Shown here: positions 57,581-64,000 of the stretch, piece by piece
Layout of the letters: each line of letters starts with the position of its first letter
How positions within the stretch are numbered: the first letter of the stretch is position 1
Assembly: GCA_046754465.1 (NCBI GenBank)
Contig: JBHHVU010000004.1
Coordinates: 1-64,000 of the forward strand
Source: Nitrospinaceae bacterium
Lineage (GTDB): Bacteria; Nitrospinota; Nitrospinia; Nitrospinales; VA-1
Direction: 5' to 3'
Length of the DNA stretch: 64,000 nt
Position numbers and translations under genes: made by a program
The notes under the pieces: generated by a model
Databases searched by the model: none
What the model was told of the DNA's origin: nothing
What the model saw: only the letters and a program-made list of their open reading frames with translations

Positions 57581-58618
57581 ATGATCAAAACCGTGGAATA
57601 CATCGATGGCGCCGCGCGCATGATTGACCAGACCCGGCTGCCGCGGGAAAAAGTATTTGTCGACTGCCGCACCGTCGAGGAGGTGGGACAGGCCATTCGA
57701 TCCATGGTCATCCGCGGGGCGCCGGCGATCGGGGTGGCAGCGGCGATCGGGGTCAGTCTGGCGGCCGAGGCAATTCAGGCGGAGGACTTCGAATCCTTTT
57801 ATGCCCGGTTGGAGGAAAAATGCGGGGGGCTGATCCTCGCCCGCCCCACGGCGGTCAACCTGGCCTGGAGCGTGGAAAGGATGAAACGCGTTGCCCGGGA
57901 ATTCCGTCACCTGACGGTTCCCGAACTAAAAAAGCAATTGAAACGAGAAGCCCTGGCCATCCTTGAGGAAGATATTTCGGCGAATCAATCCATCGGCAAG
58001 TTCGGGCAAACCCTGATCGAGGATGGCAGCCGGGTTCTCACCCATTGCAACGCCGGGGCGCTGGCGACGGCGGGGTATGGAACCGCTCTTGGGGTCATCC
58101 GGGCCGCGGTGGAATCGGGCAAGCAGGTCCAGGTTCTTGCCAATGAGACCCGTCCTTTCCTGCAAGGCGCGCGTCTTACGGTCTGGGAACTGATGGAGGA
58201 CCATATTCCGGTGAAACTGATCACCGACAGCATGTGCGGCCATTTCATGCAAAAAAAACAGGTCAACGTGGTGGTGGTGGGGGCGGACCGGATCGCGGCC
58301 AACGGCGATGTGGCCAATAAAATCGGCACCTACATGGTGGCGGTTCTGGCCCGGAAACACGGAATCCCTTTTTATGTAGCAGCGCCCATTTCCACGTTGG
58401 ACCTTTCTCTCGCCTCCGGCGATCAGATTCCCATCGAAGAGCGGTCTCCCGATGAAGTGTGGCACATCAACAACCAGCCCATTGCCCCGGAGGGAACGGA
58501 AGCGGCTCATCCTGCTTTCGATGTTACCCCCAACGACCTGGTTTCCGCGATCATCACGGAAAAGGGCATCGCCCGGGCGCCGTATCCCGAATCCCTGAAA
58601 CAATTGGCGGACCGTTAA
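57581..58618 (+). CDS. mtnA: S-methyl-5-thioribose-1-phosphate isomerase
   Basis: [48 protein letters not shown] and FDVTP. Confidence 0.96.
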   Translation: MIKTVEYIDGAARMIDQTRLPREKVFVDCRTVEEVGQAIRSMVIRGAPAIGVAAAIGVSLAAEAIQAEDFESFYARLEEKCGGLILARPTAVNLAWSVERMKRVAREFRHLTVPELKKQLKREALAILEEDISANQSIGKFGQTLIEDGSRVLTHCNAGALATAGYGTALGVIRAAVESGKQVQVLANETRPFLQGARLTVWELMEDHIPVKLITDSMCGHFMQKKQVNVVVVGADRIAANGDVANKIGTYMVAVLARKHGIPFYVAAPISTLDLSLASGDQIPIEERSPDEVWHINNQPIAPEGTEAAHPAFDVTPNDLVSAIITEKGIARAPYPESLKQLADR

Positions 58619-58710
58619 ATGAGGACGGGTTTTCAGAGGTATCCAGGGAACCCCGGCACGAGAAAGACGCCGGGTGCATTCCATGGGCGGCGGGAAAGGT
58701 TCTTACGCCC

Positions 58711-59718
58711 ATGATGAAAGCGATGATTCTCGCCGCCGGATTCGGCACCCGTCTGCGGCCTTTGACACAAGCTCTTCCCAAGCCGATGTTTCCCGTGATG
58801 AATCGGCCGCTTCTCGAACACACCCTCGGCCTGCTCCGCGCCAACGGCATCCGGGATATCACCGTCAACGTCCACCATTTGCCCGAAAAAATCATCCGGC
58901 ATTTCGGGGATGGAGCGGAGTTCGGGGTCGATCTGCATTTTTCCCGGGAGAAGGAGATCCTTGGCACCGCCGGGGGAATCAAGGCCGCCCAGAGGTTTCT
59001 CGACGGGGGCTCCTTTTTGGTCATCAACAGCGACGTTCTGGTGGAGATTGACCTGCACCGGGTGCTGGCCTATCACAAGGCCAAGGGTTCCTGTCTGACG
59101 CTGGTGGTCCGGAAAGACGCCTCTCCCGAACAATTTGATCCGATAGAAATATGCCCCGATGGGCGTATCGTGCATTTCGTGGGGGCTTCATCCATGGATC
59201 TGCCCAACCACACCACCCGGGTCATGTTCACGGGAATCCAGATCATGGAACCTGAAATTTTTTCCCGCATTCCCTCCGGCTCCTTTTGCGGGACGGCGGA
59301 AGACATCTTTCCTGAAATGATCCGTGATGGGCTGCCTGTTTTCGGCTATCTGCATGAGAAGTATTGGATCGATTTGGGAAACCGGCGGAGTTATTTGCAG
59401 GCTCACAAGGATGCCCTGAACGGGAAATTGAATTTGAAGGGGACGAATCATCGAGGCGGGGAGGAAGATTCCTTCATCGTGCCACCGGCGGTCCTGGGAC
59501 GGGATTGCCAAATCGCGTCCGGCGCGAGAATCGGTCCATATGCCGTTTTGGGCGATGGTTGCCGGGTCAAGGAGGGCGCTGTGATTGAAAATTCCGTGGC
59601 CTGGAACGGGGTGACCCTGGGCGCCGGTGCCCGCGTGGAAGACTCGATCCTGGGGGAAGGGGTGGTGATACCCGGGGGGAGCCAGGTCAGGGAGCAATCG
59701 CTTGCTGACACAGCGTAG
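58711..59718 (+). CDS. NDP-sugar pyrophosphorylase (mannose-1-phosphate guanylyltransferase-like)
   Basis: MILAAGFGTRLRPLT..PKP, LGTAGG, NSD and WIDLG, with C-terminal hexapeptide repeats. Confidence 0.9.
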   Translation: MMKAMILAAGFGTRLRPLTQALPKPMFPVMNRPLLEHTLGLLRANGIRDITVNVHHLPEKIIRHFGDGAEFGVDLHFSREKEILGTAGGIKAAQRFLDGGSFLVINSDVLVEIDLHRVLAYHKAKGSCLTLVVRKDASPEQFDPIEICPDGRIVHFVGASSMDLPNHTTRVMFTGIQIMEPEIFSRIPSGSFCGTAEDIFPEMIRDGLPVFGYLHEKYWIDLGNRRSYLQAHKDALNGKLNLKGTNHRGGEEDSFIVPPAVLGRDCQIASGARIGPYAVLGDGCRVKEGAVIENSVAWNGVTLGAGARVEDSILGEGVVIPGGSQVREQSLADTA

Positions 59719-60907
59719 ACGGGAAAGCCGGGGAATTTAGCCTGGAGGGGAGGGGCTCTTCCTCAAGGGGTTGTTTCCCGGGCAGCGTGATGGTGAAGGT
59801 GGACCCTTCATTGACGGCGCTTACAACCTTTATCGTGCCTCCGTGCCGTTCCACGATTCTCTGGCATATGGCCAACCCCATACCCGTTCCCTCATACTCG
59901 CTTCGCCCATTCAATCGTTCAAAGGGTTTTAAGATCCTTTCAGCATATTGGTTGTCAAATCCGATCCCGTTATCCTTGATTTCAATTTCCCACATGTCCC
60001 TTCCCACCGGCCGGCCTTGGAGATCGATCACGGGAGGGGCCCCCTTCCTGTGGAATTTGAGCGCATTTCCAAGGAAATTCTGGAATAACTGACGCATTTG
60101 AAACGGGTCTGCATCCAGAGTGGGGAGACTTTTCATATGCACCATACCCTGGGTCTGGGTCAGGCGGGTTTCCAGATCGGCCAACACCTCTTCTTTGATG
60201 ACCTTTTCGAGATTGACCGGTTCAAAAACCCTTTCACCGGAGGTTATCCGGGAAAAATCCAGAAGATCGTTGATGAAGTTCTGCATTCTTTCGGCGGATC
60301 TTTGCATCCGGGCCAGAAAGTCGTATCCTTTTTCGTCATTCCCGGAAATCCGGTCTTTCAAACGGGAACCGAATACGAGTATTTTACGCAGGGGCTCCTG
60401 CAGGTCGTGCGAGGCGATGGTGGCGAAATCATTGAGCGCCTGGTTACTGCGTTTCAACTCCTCGGTGTAACGTTTGAGCACCTTTTCGGACCGAATGTAA
60501 TAATTCATGTAGGCGTATAATTTCAGATGGGTCTGAACCCGGGCCAGCACCTCCTCCTTGTGGAACGGTTTGGTAATATAATCGTTTCCCCCCACCCGGA
60601 ATCCTTGGACAATATCCTCCAGCGCGCTTTTGGCAGAGAGGAATATAATGGGAATGTTCTGGGTGTCCGGATTTTCCTTTAATTTTTTGCAGGTTTCGAA
60701 TCCGTCCATTTCCGGCATCATGATATCCAGAAGAATCAGGTCGGGTAAAAAGCGCGGGGCGATTTTAATCGCAACCTCTCCACTCCTGGCGATGGAGAGT
60801 TCATAACCCTCTTGTTGAAACGTCTTTCTTAATAAGTCAAGATTGGCGGGAGTGTCGTCCACGATCAGGATCTTTTTTCCAGCCATGCTGCTATTGTCAA
60901 GGTGCAT
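59687..60907 (-). CDS. REC-HisKA-HATPase hybrid kinase
   Basis: IVDD...LLDIMMP...KP receiver; ASHDLQEPL, NALKF, DNGIG and GTGMGL. GGAGG RBS before ATG 60907. Confidence 0.92.
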   Translation of the reverse strand: MHLDNSSMAGKKILIVDDTPANLDLLRKTFQQEGYELSIARSGEVAIKIAPRFLPDLILLDIMMPEMDGFETCKKLKENPDTQNIPIIFLSAKSALEDIVQGFRVGGNDYITKPFHKEEVLARVQTHLKLYAYMNYYIRSEKVLKRYTEELKRSNQALNDFATIASHDLQEPLRKILVFGSRLKDRISGNDEKGYDFLARMQRSAERMQNFINDLLDFSRITSGERVFEPVNLEKVIKEEVLADLETRLTQTQGMVHMKSLPTLDADPFQMRQLFQNFLGNALKFHRKGAPPVIDLQGRPVGRDMWEIEIKDNGIGFDNQYAERILKPFERLNGRSEYEGTGMGLAICQRIVERHGGTIKVVSAVNEGSTFTITLPGKQPLEEEPLPSRLNSPAFPSTLCQQAIAP

Positions 60908-63473
60908 GTTCGATCCTCCCCAAAATTTCAAGGACCTTTTCAATTTGGTAATTGTCGATATGTTCTTTCAGGTGCCGCTCCAATGCCCGGCCGTCTTGGC
61001 CCATTTGGCATAATTCCTTAAGGGATCTTTCCAGTTCGGTGATGTTGTTGACTTCCGCGCCCGCTTTCAAACGGGAAAGAAGGGCATGGGGGATATTGAA
61101 GTGGGCGGCATTCAAACCATTGGTTTCGTTTTCTTCCTGCCTGGGTGGGTGGGAGCTCTCATACGGGTTGGGTTGATTTTCATTTGCTTCTCCAGCGGGG
61201 GGCAGGGGAACGGTGAAGAAAAAACGTGATCCTGTTCCCGGTTCCGACTCCAGGCTCAGTTTACCTCCCATCAACGCCACATGTTGTCTGCAAATGGCCA
61301 GCCCTAATCCGGTGCCCCCGCGTCTGGCTCCCTGTTCCTCTTGGCGGAAGGGCTCAAAAATGAATTTCTGGGCGTCCGGGAGAATTCCTGGTCCCGTGTC
61401 GAAGACCTCGAATCGGAAACGGTGGTTGGTTTCGGCTGTGACTTTCAGTCCGACTTCTCCCGATTCCGTGAATTTCACCGCGTTGCCCACGAGGTTGGTC
61501 AATACCTGCCTCAATTTGGTCTCGTCTCCATGAATTTGAACCGGGCTGTCGGGTAATCCTTGCAGGTTCCATTTTAAATTTTTCTTTTGTATCTCAAGTT
61601 TGAACAGCGAAGATAAATTTTGAACCAGACAATTCAGATCGAAATGGGTGAGGATTATTTCCATTCGTCCCGCTTCGATTTTGGATAAATCCAGGATGTC
61701 GTTGATCAATTCGAGGAGGTTTTCCCCACTTTTTTTGATGGTTTCAACGGATTGGATCTGATGGGGGTTCAGGGCCGGGTCATTCATCAGAATCTGGGAG
61801 AAACCGAGAATCGCGTTCATGGGCGAACGGATTTCGTGGCTCATATTGACGAGAAATGTGCTTTTTGACCGGTTGGCGGATTCCGCCTCAATTTTTGCCC
61901 GGTTCAATTCCTGTTCGGTTTGTTTTCTTTCCGAAATATTTCGAACGATGCCAGTGAACAAACGGCGTCCTTCCAGAAGCACTTCGCTGATCGCCAGTTC
62001 CATGGGAAATGTTTTACCGTCCTTTCGCAATCCCGTCACTTCCCGGCCGACTCCAATGATTTTGGCCCGGCCGGTCTTCACATAATGATTGATGTAACCA
62101 TCGTGGCGGTTGTGCCAGGGTTCCGGCATCAATAGTTTTACGTTTTTTCCCAGGACCTCTGATTTGGAGTAACCAAAGAGGCTTTCGGCCGACCGGTTAA
62201 AGGTTTCGATGCTGCCATTTTCGTCAATCGTGATGATGCCATCGACCACGCTGTTCATGACCGCATCCATTCGAATCGCATTTTCGCGGACCTTTTCTTG
62301 AGCGATGTTACGTTCGCGGGAAAGACCGATTTGCCGCCTCCGCATCAAAAAAGCCGTTCCGGAAGCCAGGACCAAAAGACCGAAGATCATGAGAAATCCC
62401 CGGCTCATGGCATGAAGGGTTGCAAAGGCTTCGGCCACATGGATCTCCGTGGTGATGCCGAAATGATAATCCGGTAGCCAGGTCCAGGCGCCGATCACGG
62501 GGACACCCCGGTAATCGTTGTAGCCGTCTACATTGACTCCCCTCTCGCCCCTCAGCGCACTGGCGGCCATTTCCGTGAACGGCTGCCGCTTACGGGGAAG
62601 GGTGGGCCGATGTCCCTTAACCAGGTTGCCTCCCGGGTTGCGGGCTTCCACATTAAGAATGGAATGGATTCCCGCGCGATCGGTTAAAAGCCCCACCCGC
62701 TTTAATTGATCATTGAACCGGGTGCCGGTTATCAGCACGCCTTGATTATTAAACGCATAAGTTTCTCCGGTCTTCCCCCAGCGGCTGATTTCCAACATTT
62801 GGGTGAATTCCGTTTCCGGGCGAAGGCGGAAGGACAAGACCCCGGCGACTTCCCCATCCAGCTCCCGGATGGGGGTCGATACAAACATGGTGGGCCAGCC
62901 AGACCGCCAAACCCCATGAATGTCCGGAAGCACCACCTCCCCGGGAAAAGGAAGGGAAACCACGGTGTCTCCCTGCATGGACCGATAGAAAAAATCAGTG
63001 GATTCCGCCAGACTGCGTTTTCCCACAGGCTCTTCCAAAAGGGCGCCCACCTGGTAACCCGTGGGGTCTAGAAGGACAAAACCGATGAAACCGTATTTCC
63101 GGCAGGCGGCGCCCAGGTTTTCCCGCAGCCAAATGAGCTCATCCGATTGTTTCAAACGTTCCGCGCTCACATACTCGTCCCGCGTTTGTTCCAGAAGATT
63201 CAGAATGTTTTTACGCACTCCCGGTTCCGCGGCTAAAACCTCGACGTCCTGTTGTCTGTCTTTGATCCAGAATTTCAGAGCGGTTATATTAGAGGAGAGA
63301 GTGACCTGCAATTGGGAGGAGAGATTTTTTTTCAATTCCTCCTTCACGGCATTCAATCCGTACCAACCCATGATTCCCAACACGGCCATCCCAATAATGA
63401 GGCTGCCTGGCAGAGAAATGATACGCGGCAAAGATTGATTTTCCCTGCCATGGAATGGTGAAAAGATCGGCAT
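60897..63473 (-). CDS. Membrane histidine kinase with Cache-like domain and FixL-type PAS
   Basis: Two TMs; PAS LMPEP..RHDGYI..Y...IIGVGRE.TG.RKDG.TFP; MSHEIRSP, NAVKFT and GTGLGL. Confidence 0.92.
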   Translation of the reverse strand: MPIFSPFHGRENQSLPRIISLPGSLIIGMAVLGIMGWYGLNAVKEELKKNLSSQLQVTLSSNITALKFWIKDRQQDVEVLAAEPGVRKNILNLLEQTRDEYVSAERLKQSDELIWLRENLGAACRKYGFIGFVLLDPTGYQVGALLEEPVGKRSLAESTDFFYRSMQGDTVVSLPFPGEVVLPDIHGVWRSGWPTMFVSTPIRELDGEVAGVLSFRLRPETEFTQMLEISRWGKTGETYAFNNQGVLITGTRFNDQLKRVGLLTDRAGIHSILNVEARNPGGNLVKGHRPTLPRKRQPFTEMAASALRGERGVNVDGYNDYRGVPVIGAWTWLPDYHFGITTEIHVAEAFATLHAMSRGFLMIFGLLVLASGTAFLMRRRQIGLSRERNIAQEKVRENAIRMDAVMNSVVDGIITIDENGSIETFNRSAESLFGYSKSEVLGKNVKLLMPEPWHNRHDGYINHYVKTGRAKIIGVGREVTGLRKDGKTFPMELAISEVLLEGRRLFTGIVRNISERKQTEQELNRAKIEAESANRSKSTFLVNMSHEIRSPMNAILGFSQILMNDPALNPHQIQSVETIKKSGENLLELINDILDLSKIEAGRMEIILTHFDLNCLVQNLSSLFKLEIQKKNLKWNLQGLPDSPVQIHGDETKLRQVLTNLVGNAVKFTESGEVGLKVTAETNHRFRFEVFDTGPGILPDAQKFIFEPFRQEEQGARRGGTGLGLAICRQHVALMGGKLSLESEPGTGSRFFFTVPLPPAGEANENQPNPYESSHPPRQEENETNGLNAAHFNIPHALLSRLKAGAEVNNITELERSLKELCQMGQDGRALERHLKEHIDNYQIEKVLEILGRIEHAP

Positions 63474-63702
63474 GGCGCGTCACCTGAAATCGGCTTGCAT
63501 GGACATACACGGATTCCCAAACAGGACCGGGAATTTCCACTCACAACTCTTGTTTTAATGATAACATATACTTTCCAGATAAACTAATTGACGGGAAATT
63601 TTTGCGGTTAACTGAGGGTTTTTTAAGGGGTTTGTTAATTTACCCAGGAGAGCTCACAGGTGAAAAAGCTGCGGGAAGAGCATCTTTCGAAGGGGGAAAG
63701 GG

Positions 63703-63761
63703 CGGGTGATCCCATGGGCCGGGAAAGAGATTCCCCACAGCGGATTCCATGGGATCACCCG
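63703..63761. repeat. 15-bp perfect inverted repeat (large hairpin)
   Basis: CGGGTGATCCCATGG (63703-63717) pairs with CCATGGGATCACCCG (63747-63761). Confidence 0.8.
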
Positions 63762-63796
63762 TCGATGGCCACAATGCGTCTTTGGGGGAAAAACCG

Positions 63797-64000
63797 TCAA
63801 AGAATTTTGTGATTGTCCAAAGTCATGCTCTCCACGGCGACTTGGCCGTCCTCGCAATGAATGATTCGACGACAGGCCGGTAAGTCCGCCTCGCCCACAC
63901 GATGGTAATCATCGGTATAACTTTCCACGTCTTTCAGGGTTCCATTTTCGGGATTGAAATAATAAACCGTGTATTTGTGAGTGAGGAATTTTCCTTCCGG
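63797..64000 (-). CDS. C-terminal end of a protein, probably DUF3386 family (partial)
   Basis: Manual translation PEGKFLTHKYTVYYFNPENGTLKDVESYTDDYHRVGEADLPACRRII...DNHKIL*. Frame is open to the window edge. Confidence 0.65.
   Translation of the reverse strand, partial: PEGKFLTHKYTVYYFNPENGTLKDVESYTDDYHRVGEADLPACRRIIHCEDGQVAVESMTLDNHKIL

Noticed and set aside
63660..63812. 50-aa plus-strand ORF after AGGAGA (MKKLREEHLSKG...)
   Set aside because: It runs through the large hairpin, overlaps the convergent gene's end, and shows no recognisable features.
1..64000. tRNA/rRNA genes, CRISPR arrays, transposases, integrases or defence systems
   Set aside because: None recognised by eye; nearly all the sequence is accounted for by housekeeping, metabolic and signalling CDSs.

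Overview
A gene-dense, GC-rich bacterial chromosomal segment with about 50 CDSs. I saw no rRNA, tRNA, CRISPR array, transposase or integrase. The gene repertoire is compatible with a Nitrospinota/Deltaproteobacteria-like organism, but that is inference only. Main content, left to right: (i) an acyl-CoA catabolic locus, with a partial fused indolepyruvate:ferredoxin oxidoreductase-family gene divergent from prpD-prpB-prpC and a two-gene, split IcmF-type B12 mutase; (ii) xth, a PreP peptidase, an exported one-Cys Tpx, mutS2 and a lipoprotein hydrolase; (iii) sensor kinases, a response regulator and an atypical P-II gene ahead of yggS-proC; (iv) larE-moaA divergent from nifU-like-sufBCDSU-amrS; (v) assorted housekeeping and envelope genes (CheB-like, BatA/DUF58, pepN, LRR, proB, nfeD, kdsA, kelch, hpnG-like, rlmD, asnS, yggT-divIVA-yggU-mtnA); (vi) a FixL-type heme-PAS kinase paired with a REC-kinase. 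The two most striking signals are a consensus sigma54 promoter (52295-52310, minus strand) that points not at a CDS but at a ~90-nt rod-shaped RNA carrying a CCUCCUCC anti-Shine-Dalgarno motif, and the split IcmF appended to a methylcitrate operon. All family calls come from motif recognition by eye; no database searches were run.
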